A stretch of 63,520 nucleotides of DNA, the filler included, from Nemertoderma westbladi (Eukaryota; Animalia; Xenacoelomorpha), in assembly GCA_032718475.1 (NCBI GenBank). It is 3 parts of 3 records of this genome, joined end to end, with 100 filler letters (N's around TTAATTAATTAA, not from the genome) between each part and the next. Parts side by side here need not be neighbours in the genome. Positions count along the whole stretch, not along the records: positions 1 to 26,460 come from JAUCBJ010003691.1; 2 more parts are not named here. One strand, given 5' to 3'. The translations under genes and the position numbers were made by a program. Positions 10,881-22,078 of the stretch are shown piece after piece (the stretch's first letter is position 1; every line of letters begins with the position of its first letter). The notes under the pieces are model-generated. The model was not told where the DNA came from, made no database searches, and was given only the letters and a program-made list of their open reading frames with translations.

Positions 10881-12607
10881 CAGTGCCGGATTAACCTTAA
10901 GGCATATAAGGAACGTGTCTTAGGTCCAGCCGAAAATACGGGCCATTTTTTCTCAGCGAGTCATTACTGTGAAAAAAATACTTTTATCTGAAAAGTCCAC
11001 ATTTTTTCTCACTAAAATTTGTAGAAAACAGAGCAGGAAAGTCGACTACTTTCTATCCCTAAATTTGTGATAGAAAGTGCAAAATTCTAGCTCAGTCGAC
11101 CGACAGGTGCTGTGTTATGTATTAGTTCGAGACCTGATGGCAGGAAAGTGCTAATTACTGAATTATGAACATTGGAGAATTTAATTTTATTTATTCGTGG
11201 GGAATTATTTGTAGTTATGCTCTTAAACTTTATAGAACAACCAAATAATGACGTAGTGACATATGGAAATACTGTACATAGTAAATGTATGGCGTGGAGT
11301 GGCGGAGATATGGTAGTGCGAAATTAATTTTATTTACTGGAAACGAGTTTTATAAATATAGGCCCTAATAGATAAAAAAAAGGATCTATTAGTTGTAGAT
11401 AAAATAGATGTTAATAAAAAAATCGTGTCAGAAATAACTTCTTGTCACTACTGTAATTTAATTTAACCGAAATTCAGATGTTCTGCCCTCGTGTATTGAA
11501 TTTTGCATTCGATGGAATTTTAGATGCAATTCCTGAAAAAACCTAAAACTCTCGGACAGCATTAATGAATTTGGGTACATTAAAATTAGTGACAAAAAGT
11601 GCTCATTTCCGAGACTGTTCTCTTATCGAAGAACATTACTTTCTCAACAAGTCCAAATCTAGATCAGAAATATTATATCTTTGCAATAAGCCCACACTTT
11701 TGGTGTGTTATATTACTCAGCAAGTCCTGTAAAGATAAGTAAGTACCCTGCGAAACCTACCCTAAAGCAAATAAATAACACATTCCCAAGATCCGATCAA
11801 AATTGCTAAATGCCAGGGGGCCAACTATAACCCCCGCAGAAATAAAATTTTCGAAAATTTACACAATTTTTTGTAGTTTGATAGAAGGGCTTTCATAAGG
11901 TGATAACGCTTTTCAACATTGAATTATTTTTTGACCTCAAAACTGCTCTTTTCAACAACATAATTGGTAATGGTCCCATTAATACTGTATATTAAAAATT
12001 AAAGCTTGAGAAATTCTATCAAAACCATTACACTTTTTATAGCAATGGTTTTATAGGCATAATATGCCGTTTAGTAATGTTACAATTCTTGATGAAAACT
12101 ATTTTTGCAAAGTACTTATTATTAAAGTACTTAGTAGTTATTTGAAATATTATAATACTAATTAATTTAATTAATTTGGCGGGGTAGCTCAGTTGACTGC
12201 AATCTATTGGTTGTAGGTTCAGCCCCGCCAGGGTCCACTCAGCCTTTCATCCACTGGGGTCGATAAAAGGAGTACCAGTTAAATAACTGGGAGCAAATCT
12301 TGGGATAGGAGTAGCGCCCACCCCTACCCTCGGGTAGCAGCTATCGAAAGAGGAGCTTTCGGGTCGCCTCCGGCTTCGGCCGACTGTTTGCTTTGCTTTT
12401 TGAATACTAATTACTATTAAATATTATATACTTAAGAAAATACTTTAAGAAAATACTTTATATTTCATTGTCAACATTTTCACAATTTCGGTTGTTTTTA
12501 GCAGCTTTTTCTTTTGAAAGGGTTTGCGGCCATTTAATAAATTTTCGGGCCATTTTTGGAAATTACTAAATGTGCCTTAGGGCGTCCAGAGGCTTAATCC
12601 GGCACTG
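10881..12607. mobile_element. Non-autonomous hAT-like element
   Basis: TIR cagtgccggattaa / ttaatccggcactg; imperfect 8-bp TSD cgccgaca / cgccggcc. Confidence 0.65.
12178..12400 (+). mobile_element. tRNA-derived SINE with conserved central domain and structured tail
   Basis: A box tagctcagttg, B-box-like ggttcagccc, central ctcagcctttcatcc..ggggtcgataaa..gagtaccag, hairpin-rich tail ending tttgctttgcttttt. Confidence 0.7.
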
Positions 12608-13170
12608 CGCCGGCCAACAACCGACAGCCGATAATCACTGCCGACAACGACAAACTTGAAATTGTAACCTGTTCTCATTACTATGGTTTATTGTTTTGCT
12701 TAGAATAATATTCCATTGCAACCTGTTCCTTTCCTTCATTTGATTATTAACATTAATTAGCGTCAATAATGGTTGTTGGTTGTCGCTTGTTTGAAGGCGA
12801 AATTCCATCAATCGATGAAATTTGAAATTAAACCAAACTTGGTACAATGTATTCAGGCTGTCTGTCGATAGTATGAAATATAATTTGTGGGGGGTCGTAG
12901 GGCGACTAGGCAACAGTTGAAATAGTGGTAACTGTATAATAAGCAGAGGCGGAGCATGCTTAATGCTTACTTTCGTCTTGGCCTTGGGGAAGGATCCACG
13001 AAGGAGTACACCCAATTCATTATTTATGACTTCTGTACGACAGTACCGGTACTCTACAACTCTACTGTATTTGTACCGGTATACTGGTATAACAGGCCTA
13101 TTAGTAGGCTACTGTAATACCAACTTAAACTTTTGTACAAAGTCGAATTCGAAAACAAAGCAAATTAAAC

Positions 13171-14826
13171 ATGCAGTCCAATGTACACCAAAGGAAACGA
13201 ACTGATATGAACCATCCGTCTAACGATGATATGACGCCGGACGCCGGTAATACAGGTACATCTTCAACAAACGATTACTCTAAATCCAAGGACTGTGTCA
13301 AAACTACAACCGCTACCCAGTCCTGCTCCTATTGGTTAACGCGGATAGTGTTCATTCGAAGTTTAGCCTTTATCTACTTTGTCGCTTTTCTAGTTGCGTT
13401 TAATCAAAATAAACAGCTGTTAGGAGACAATGGTTTACTTCCATTACGATTGCATTTAGGTCAACTTTCCTCGCATTTCACCTCCCTCAATAGGTATTTT
13501 AATATTCCAACATTGTTTTGGGCCGTAGATCCTTGGAATGAAGTTGATATTTGGTTAGATGCGTTTGCCATTCTAGGAATGAGTATTTCAATCTTCATGA
13601 TAATTGCGGGTTCTGCTAATTCAATACTAATGCTGGTTCTATGGATTTTATACCATTCCTTGGTTAATGTTGGACAACGTTGGTACAGTTTTGGATGGGA
13701 GAGCCAACTGCTAGAAACTGGATTCCTCGCCATTTGGTTGGTGCCGTTTTTGTCGTTACGCCGACTGCCAAGCAACTGCCCGCCACCATGGGTTGCAATA
13801 TGGGGTTACAGATGGCTCTTGTTCCGCATGATGATTGGTGCTGGTCTAATTAAGATCAGGGGGGATCAGTGTTGGCGAGATCTGACCTGTATGAATTACC
13901 ACTACGAGACACAACCTGTGCCGAATCCCGTAGCATATTACCTCCACCAAGCCCCTGATTGGTGGCATTCCTTCGAGACTTTAACCAATCACGTCGTGGA
14001 GTTAGTAATCCCCTGGTTAATGGTCGTCCCTTTTCGAGGGGCCCGTGTGCTATGCGCAATCGTGCAGATATCCTTCCAAATTATTCTTATAATTAGCGGG
14101 AATTTAAGTTTCCTTAATTGGCTTACAATATTACCAGCAATTTGGTTGATAGACGACAAATCTTTAGCCTGTCTGTTCTCTAAATCCACCCTGACTTCTC
14201 TAAGACAAGTTTCCAACAAACCAAAAACTAATTTACTTAGGAAAGCATTCAATATATTGATTGCCTTGTTACTCGGGTATCTTAGTTACCCTGTAATTCT
14301 CAACCTCATGTCCAATCACCAAGCAATGAACACCTCGTTCGAACCCTTCCGTATCCTAAACACCTACGGGGCTTTCGGAAGTATAACTAAAACTCGAACC
14401 GAGGTGGTCCTAGAAGGGAGTGCAACTAACCCCCCTACTGTGTGGAAGGAGTACGAATTCTACTGCAAACCGGGAAATGTTTCTCGAAGTCCGTGTCTCA
14501 TAACTCCGTACCACTACCGGTTGGATTGGTTGATGTGGTTCGCTGCCTTCCAAAGTTACCAACACAACCCGTGGCTCGTTCATCTCATCGGAAAGTTGCT
14601 GGAGAATGACGAACAGGCTAGCGGTTTAATCGCCGCCAATCCATTTAGGGGTGGCTCGCCTCCCAAATACATACGGGCGTCCCATTTCGTGTACAGATAC
14701 ACGGATGTTGGTAGCGCTGAGGCTAACGAAGGTCGATGGTGGGCCCGGCAGTATAGAGGCGTCTACATGCAGCCCGTATCACTGCGGGATCTAAAAGGTG
14801 TTTATAAACAGTTTGGGTGGAAGTAG
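13171..14826 (+). CDS. LMF1: Lipase maturation factor 1, single exon
   Basis: YWLTRIV..LAFIYFVAF, WYSFGWESQLLETGFL, AGLIKIRGDQCWRDLTCM.YHYETQP.PNP, SGNLSFLNWLTI, CKPG and PYHYRLDWLMWFAAF. Start could be 13171 or 13207. Confidence 0.96.
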   Translation: MQSNVHQRKRTDMNHPSNDDMTPDAGNTGTSSTNDYSKSKDCVKTTTATQSCSYWLTRIVFIRSLAFIYFVAFLVAFNQNKQLLGDNGLLPLRLHLGQLSSHFTSLNRYFNIPTLFWAVDPWNEVDIWLDAFAILGMSISIFMIIAGSANSILMLVLWILYHSLVNVGQRWYSFGWESQLLETGFLAIWLVPFLSLRRLPSNCPPPWVAIWGYRWLLFRMMIGAGLIKIRGDQCWRDLTCMNYHYETQPVPNPVAYYLHQAPDWWHSFETLTNHVVELVIPWLMVVPFRGARVLCAIVQISFQIILIISGNLSFLNWLTILPAIWLIDDKSLACLFSKSTLTSLRQVSNKPKTNLLRKAFNILIALLLGYLSYPVILNLMSNHQAMNTSFEPFRILNTYGAFGSITKTRTEVVLEGSATNPPTVWKEYEFYCKPGNVSRSPCLITPYHYRLDWLMWFAAFQSYQHNPWLVHLIGKLLENDEQASGLIAANPFRGGSPPKYIRASHFVYRYTDVGSAEANEGRWWARQYRGVYMQPVSLRDLKGVYKQFGWK

Positions 14827-15003
14827 AAACTATTTACTCGAACACTATAACTAGCCTTGAACATTCCACAGGGTTTCTGGTTGCGACTAAGCCACCCCTA
14901 TTGTTGTTGTACATATGTAATAACATACATCCTAATTTATTTTTCTTTATTTTATCTACAATAATTTTATTATTCATTGTAAGTTATTTTCTCTATTTTA
15001 CTT

Positions 15004-15166
15004 TTAACAGCAACAGGTGCTGAACATTAGTGGTAATGATGCTGGCCCGGAGTAAAGGTCCGATTTGCTTCTGACAATTTTTGAGATGGCTTTTTCCTCT
15101 TTTTCAGACGGAAAATTAACCCAAAAATCGTCATTAACTGACTTGACAATAACGATACCTCGCAGA
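15004..15166 (-). CDS. Putative terminal exon of an unknown gene ending STCCC*
   Basis: Acceptor ttttaatgcag, then open frame LRGIVIVKSVNDDFWVNFPSEKEEKAISKIVRSKSDLYSGPASLPLMFSTCCC*, with AATAAA downstream. No homology recognised. Confidence 0.3.
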
Positions 15167-16114
15167 CTGCATTAAAATCACTACGGCATTATCCCGTATC
15201 ACGAAACATTACATTACTTCGCTGACTTAACATGCATGAAGACTATATTGCTTATACAGTAACTTATAATATAATTATTACTATCTCTTACGCATTCAAA
15301 GATCTTTCTTCAGTAGTACCATGATATCACTACCATTTTTCAGAAATGACTTGGGACAGAGAGAAGCGCTTGTACCTCCACACTAGTAGTAACGTCTAAT
15401 ACAGTATTACGGTAAACTATTACTAGGTTTTTACAAGTAACACTGTATTTCTCTATGAATCTCTTCGGTTGAATATTCCAACACAAATTATTTATTACCG
15501 TGGTATTGGGTTGTGCATAATAAGTTTCTCAATTTAACAATATTCCACGTTAATAACATACTAATTGATAACTAACCAACTGTTAACGTTGTTTTACCTT
15601 GGGGGGGGGGGGGGGGGGGGGGATAAACTGCACTACAATTTAATGTTTAACAAATTCAGTGAAATATAGAATCCGAGACGCTGAAACGAAGGAAAAAACG
15701 TTGGCGATGGAACAATAAAATAATTGTTGTCCTCATCATTTCAGTTTCACACGTTTATAAACTAATTCGACAATATAAATTCGGCGCAGCATTAATTAGA
15801 CAGGGAACAACAAATAATTGTTCCACCGCTTCAAGAAGGGCGACTTGTGAAATACTTTATTTAAACCTTAAACTGGTGAGGGTTTTTCTAAAACGCCACC
15901 TCTACTTGGTGAAAACTCAAATATGAGTTTTGCGATTGTAGCTCAAAACTCAAATATGAGTTTAATGAGAGTAAGTTGTACTTGGTGGGAACTTTTCCTT
16001 CAATCTATTCTGACTTGGTGAAAACTCAAATATGAGTTACAGTTAAACCGTTGTTCTGACTTGGTTTCAACTCACATGAGTTTCGGCTATACTTTTGTTT
16101 ATCAGCATCGCTAA

Positions 16115-17348
16115 TAGAGTTGAAACAGAGACCTGTTTTTCTTAATCCCGGTGAACCAGAGACCTACCCGGAGAATTATTTTGAAAAATACCGGAGACCA
16201 GAGCCGGAGATCAGAGACTTGCTTATTTTTGTGCTTACATTTTGATTCAGGCCTCTAAAGCACAAACAGGTACATATGGACTGAGAAACTATTTTTATAT
16301 GGTTGAATTACAGTAAATCCAACCCATGTCAACCCTTAGGCCGCGTTCACACTACCGAGTCAAAGTAAAAGTCAAAAGACAAAATGTAAAACATAATCAC
16401 AAGAAATATAATGTGTTCTAGAATGCCCTTATGTATTATTTTAGGCCTACATAATGTATTATTATTTATTATTGCTAGCTAGCTATATTTAATTTATTTT
16501 GACTTTGACTCGGTAGTATGAACGCGGCCTTACCCATTGGAAGAAAATAAGCACAGGTAACAGTTTGGGGGACTTAATTAATATTAATTTGGTTATTTGT
16601 TTATTAGTTCGTTCTTATTTTGTTATTTTTAATTAATAATATGTTACATAAATTTGTTTTGCGCCATAGGTACTGGTACTTTGTTAATTAAAGGCACTTA
16701 TTTTACAATTGTTCAAATCATATACATTATTTCATTCAATGTACTATAAAATAAACTTAGTAATTTACGAATACTTAGTGCACAGGTATGGTACTCTACT
16801 CGCCCCATATACAAGCCTCGTTACGCTCGTTCTCTTCATTTGGTCGTCATATTATCTATCCTACAACAAGTTGAATGGAGATCAGCCCTTTCTTTCACTT
16901 TTAAACATTATGAGTGCTCAAATTAAGCGCCTTTATCCTTAAATAAGAACCCTCTTTAGGTGCTAATTTAACTTAAAATTAAACGCACCTTAAATTAATT
17001 ACTGTAAATAGAAGATTATCGGTACATTTAGTTTGAGTCAGATTTAGAGTTAGATTAAAAGTAGTGTAAAAGTGAATATATAATTTTGTTGAAGCGGAGT
17101 ATTAAAAATATTTAAAAATTAAAGAAATAATTAATTGTAAAAAATTTGTAAAAAATAATCTTCATTTCACATTTTGTGTTGTACAGGATCTATTTTTAAA
17201 TAATTATTTCTAATTTGTCAAATCACTGATCTCTGGGTAAAATGTCTGTTTTCAATACCCGGGAACCAGAGACCTATCCGGAGACCAAAAAATATGCCCG
17301 GAGAATCCAGAGATCAGAGATCAGTGACAAGTCTCTGTTTCAACTCTA
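16115..17348. mobile_element. Non-autonomous hAT element nested in the piggyBac-like element
   Basis: TIR tagagttgaaacagagac / gtctctgtttcaactcta; perfect 8-bp TSD atcgctaa; ccggaga/ccagaga subterminal repeats. Confidence 0.88.
16339..16529. mobile_element. PIF/Harbinger (Tourist-like) MITE nested in the hAT element
   Basis: TIR ggccgcgttcacactaccgagtcaaagt; TSD TTA on both sides. Confidence 0.85.
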
Positions 17349-19342
17349 ATCGCTAATTTACTAATTTGCAGCTATTTTAAAATAATTAGTTTTACTAGAA
17401 AAACTTTTTCATTTTTACATTCATAGAATGTTACGAATAATTTTCAAGCCATTCTTTTTTATGAATTCCAAATTGACATAATTCCGCATTCAATTCTTAA
17501 ATTTACATTTACATACATTTTTTTACCAAGTCCAGACGTTGGCTCATAAACTCATATGAGTTTTCACCAAGTCAAGTAATTCTTCTTAAAAAAGATCCAC
17601 CAAGAGTGAATAGACTTGCGAGAACTCAAATATGAGTTCTCACCAAGTCAGATACATCCATTAAAAAAATTCCCACCAAGTAGAATCAGTCCTGAAAAAA
17701 CTCATGAGTTTTCACCAGTTTAAGGGTTAATTTCACCTTCTTACCTCGACGGTAGTTTTACCCTGAATGTAATCAATTTAGCAATAAAATTTAAATTCGT
17801 TTTTTTCAAAATCTATTTCCGAGTTGTGTAAGTATAAACCGGGTTTAGAAACATCGATGATGTACATTGTGATAGTGGAGGTCAAACATAAGGCTAACAG
17901 AACAATTGAATATATTGTCACGAAAAAGAGATCCACCATAAAATTAAATAAGTATAAACAATGAAATAAAGTTATATAAATTGAACACGACAGGTTACAG
18001 CAGACAAAAAACGTAATGGGAATTTAATAAAGGGAGGATGGGGGTGGGTCAGGGTGGAGACAAATCCCTGAACAACTCTCTAGAGTTGTTCCTCTGTGAC
18101 AATCCCATCTCGGCTAATAAAAATCTCGCCTCAATATTAAATTATCAAATTTAGGGAAAGGAACAGGTTACAGTGGCACGTTATTCTAACCAAAACAATA
18201 AACGAAAGTATATAGATACGACAGATTATTACAATTCAATTTTGGATTTTTTAGTAATCAGCTTTTATTTGCGTCGATTTTCCCTTGGAGAGAGATTAGG
18301 TCCAGACACCACGACCCCCCCCCCCCCCCCCCCCCCCCCCCCCGTATCTGGGAAATTTAAGGGCACATGTCAATCAATAAATTGGACTATTAAGCTTATG
18401 TACCTTTTCTACGGAATTTGTTCAACAGAATGGCTTTAAATTTTTATGGGAATTAATTTAGGGTGTCTCTCAAACATGGAACCAAAAAAAATTAAAATAG
18501 TCATTTTTGTCACAAGAAATTTTTAAAATGAAACATGTAATTTCTTTAAATTAAAAAAACACGTGTTTTTTAAACACGTAAAAAACACGGGGAGGGGGGG
18601 GGGGGGGGTAGGGGTGTGGGGTAAAAATGAACTCCACTACAATTTAATGTTTAACAAATTCTGTGAAATTGAGAATTCGAGAGGCTGAAACGGTCTGTCT
18701 CTGTCAGTCGAAATTTAGGAAAGGACACGACCTCGCTAACATTTTAGTTAAAGGGGTTTTCCAGGTCGGTGATTCCATTTCTGGTATCAGTATTCAAATA
18801 TGATAGCTCTATGTTGGTCTGTATACCTGTCGGTCTGTCCGTCATAATATAACAGACAGCCAGCCGGATAGACCATCTAAGAATCCTTTAAAACAGACTT
18901 TACGTTAAAACAGACATCAGAAATGGAATCATGACCAGGAAAACCCCTACAATAACATTTCCAGTTGTGTATTTCATTCATAATTTTTGATTTGAGGCAG
19001 ACCAAGGACAGACAGAGAGGCAGGCCGACAGGGACAGATAGACATGCAGGCAGACAGAAATAAATAAAAAAACAATATAGAATACATGAAACATTAAGAC
19101 TGGCATTAGAAATGAGATCACTATACAGGAAAATTGTACAATGCGCGTGTTTCTTTAAGATAAGACTGTAAGACCGACAGACAGGCAGACATACAACTAT
19201 AACTCCAGAACTAAAAGAGATCTCGCTATGTCGTTTTCATCTTTGAAATCATCATTAAATTTTGATACAGAATCCGGTAAAAAATAATTTTTGATTTTTT
19301 TAATTTTTATCACATCGCCTAATTGGTGCCCTTAATAAATAT

Positions 19343-20386
19343 TTAGAACTCATCATGTAAAACCCGCTCGTAATTAACGAGTTTACTACCTAGGAAGAAG
19401 GTATCGTGAGCGAGAACTTCGTCTAGAGTTAACATGGCGTCCTTATTGGAGTCGGCGTAGTCTACCAGATAAAAGGCCTCGTGTTCCGGTATATGGGGAT
19501 TGCGAGGATCGTTGAACACCACGAGCTCCTGCAGACTCACCACTCCGTTGTGATTCTTGTCAATAAGCTCCTCGAACTCTTCTCTCTTCTCTTTGAGGAC
19601 GGGATCCTTATCGACGAGCTCCCTAAAGGCGTTCTCGTCGTCGGCACCGCGCGCCTCCGCTATACCCAGCGGGATGAACTCGAATAAACTGAGGAATCCG
19701 TCCCGGTTCCGATCCAACTCGTAGAATATATCCTGCGACATGGAGTAGATCGATTTGGGCGAGTGTTCCGGGTGCTGGAACCGCAGGAATTCCGTCGCGT
19801 TGAGATGTCCATCCGCATCCTCGTCCTCACGACGCCAATGCTCCCGATCCCGCAGCAGTTGGTACCGATGATCCAAACTGACGGCATCTGAATCGCCCTG
19901 CTTTACAAACTGGCTAACTACAGTCTCCTCATAATTGCGTTGTCTCAGAAACAGAGTTTGGTAGTCGGACCACACAATGTAACCACGACCTTCCGAGTCC
20001 ATAGACGCTAATAATTGTTTGGATTCTATTACCGACGAATTGAAATGTTCCTCCATCTTCAAATGAACCCAGTATACTATCTCCGCGTGAGTTAGAAACC
20101 CATCCCCGTTGCTATCGACGTGTTTATAAACCTCTACGAGTAACTTCCGACCGGCCTTGCGATCGTCCGGTTTCACGGCATGAACTTTCTCTCCTAAGAA
20201 GACTTCCTTGTGGAAGTCCTTGTTAAGATCGCCGTCTCTTTCCAACACCATGCCCTCCAGATGGTCAGGCGGTCTTACGTCATTGGTGACGGTCACCGGG
20301 TGCAGCGGTTTGGTCGTAGAAGTGGCGATAAATAAAGTTAAAATATTATAAATAATTATAGAAAACAATAAATTATTATTAGTCAT
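19343..20386 (-). CDS. SDF4: 45-kDa calcium-binding protein (Cab45/SDF4, CREC family), single exon
   Basis: Signal peptide, PPDHLEG..LERDG.LNKDFHKEVFLG, multiple EF-hands, FLGSKLVNY and C-terminal HDEF. First ATG at 20386. Confidence 0.93.
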   Translation of the reverse strand: MTNNNLLFSIIIYNILTLFIATSTTKPLHPVTVTNDVRPPDHLEGMVLERDGDLNKDFHKEVFLGEKVHAVKPDDRKAGRKLLVEVYKHVDSNGDGFLTHAEIVYWVHLKMEEHFNSSVIESKQLLASMDSEGRGYIVWSDYQTLFLRQRNYEETVVSQFVKQGDSDAVSLDHRYQLLRDREHWRREDEDADGHLNATEFLRFQHPEHSPKSIYSMSQDIFYELDRNRDGFLSLFEFIPLGIAEARGADDENAFRELVDKDPVLKEKREEFEELIDKNHNGVVSLQELVVFNDPRNPHIPEHEAFYLVDYADSNKDAMLTLDEVLAHDTFFLGSKLVNYERVLHDEF

Positions 20387-20450
20387 CGCTTCTAAATTTA
20401 ACACTATCTGACTATTAATTGTTAATCTCAGTTTCTCTCTATTTCAGTAT

Positions 20451-20690
20451 TTATGTACGTCGATTTGGAGTTTCCTCGGCAGCTATTTTTAGCAGCTGAT
20501 GTATCGCGGCGGGAGTTACGTTTAATCCGAGTAACGCGATCAAACATTTGAAGACCTCCGGTTCGATTAGAACCCCGGATAGACAGCACAGCTCGTATAG
20601 ATCTCTTTCCTGATTGGTTGAGAATACTTCCTTAGATCGTAAAGTAAACTGATGAATACTCAAACCCGACTCTTCTGTTGGGTCATTCAT
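20451..20690 (-). CDS. MZT2: Mitotic-spindle organizing protein 2 (MOZART2)
   Basis: KEVFS..ERDLYELCCLSGVLIEPEVFKCLIALLGLNVTPAAIHQLLK matches the MOZART2 core. Confidence 0.85.
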   Translation of the reverse strand: MNDPTEESGLSIHQFTLRSKEVFSTNQERDLYELCCLSGVLIEPEVFKCLIALLGLNVTPAAIHQLLKIAAEETPNRRT

Positions 20691-22078
20691 TCTGCATTAT
20701 ACAACAATTATACAGTATGATAGGCCTATGGTTATTTCAAAATATTAAAAAACATAATAATAAAAGCAAAACATAATAAATTACTTTCAAAATAAAACAT
20801 TCTTATATTTAGTTGCAACATACAGACAATGCGCAGCCAGGGAGCATTATCTAACAATATAAAGTGCAATAATGCTCTAATGTACAATATAATATAGAAA
20901 CTGGACTGTCGCAACTGCAAAGGAGAAAGGAACTTGTCTATTAATTTGTTACTGAATTACAACTAACAGACTACAGGACTAACTCAATTACAGTAGTGCA
21001 TGTGTGCATATTGTGGGTACATTGTCGTCTCTTAATCTCTAATAATGTTTTTTTTTTTACAGTAGTTAGTATAGATTTATTAACCAATAAATAGGCCTAA
21101 TGAATGACGAGATACTGTGAGCTGAGGGCTGATGCAGCTGTCACACAATCATAACGGGTTAACTAAAGTCCGTATTCGTAGGCCTATGTATACGATAGCG
21201 ATGGTATTATGATTTTCCTATCATATTTTGGATCAATCGTATTTGAGTCAATGGTTGCGCTGCTCCTCCGCTCCTGTTACAGTCCCGCTCTCAAAAAGCA
21301 TCCATTTATCAAATATTGATCAAACTTTGAACAAACATTGATCAAAGTTTGATCAAAATGTGTCCATAGAGTAGCATTGAAAGTACCATTGAGATTGAAA
21401 TGACATTGAAATCGACGGACCGAAATTCCAGACTTTCTGTCTCATATTGAAATGATATTGAAATGATTTCAAGGTAACAGTTAACATATCTCTTCCGCGG
21501 CAGGCCTTGTACTCAGATTCCCGCCGATAACTGGCTTTTGTTAATGGCCAAGCCGCGATGTGATTGACATGGCGGTGGATGGAGCTTGATTTTGTCAATG
21601 GATGGACAGCGCTTAGGTTGACAAGGCAGTGTTGTGTTAGTGTCAATTAAATTATTTTTATTAGAAATAATTATTATTTACTTAGGTATTATTCACTTAC
21701 GCAAAACGATTGAGCCCTTGTAAAATCATAGCGGATTGATGGTTAAATGAAATAAAAATTTGAGAAGATTATATATGAATATAATTATTATAATATATAA
21801 TAGATATATAATAATGTATAACATTATACTGAATAATTAAAATGCACAATATAATTTTGAGTTTCAATTGCGTCAATACCCCCCCCCCCCCCCCCCCCCC
21901 CACCCCTAATAAAATAATCGCATTTATACTATTAGAAGTAATCGTAGGTCCCACATATTATAAAAGATAAATAAGAGCATGGTGTAGTTTTACAATCCAT
22001 TTAAAAATACATGGAACAAAAATATACAAATAAACAAATTAGAGACAGGGCGGGGGGATGATTATATTATTATATATT

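Larger units (their letters stand above)
15865..17726. mobile_element. Non-autonomous piggyBac-like element
   Basis: TTAA flanks (15861, 17727). TIR (a/c)ccttaaactggtga / tcaccagtttaaggg. Subterminal palindromes aactcaaatatgagtt at both ends. Confidence 0.8.

Noticed and set aside
18690-19260. gacag/ctgtc-rich region with short inverted repeats (Helentron/HINE-like)
   Set aside because: Probably TE debris, but boundaries and diagnostic ends could not be fixed.
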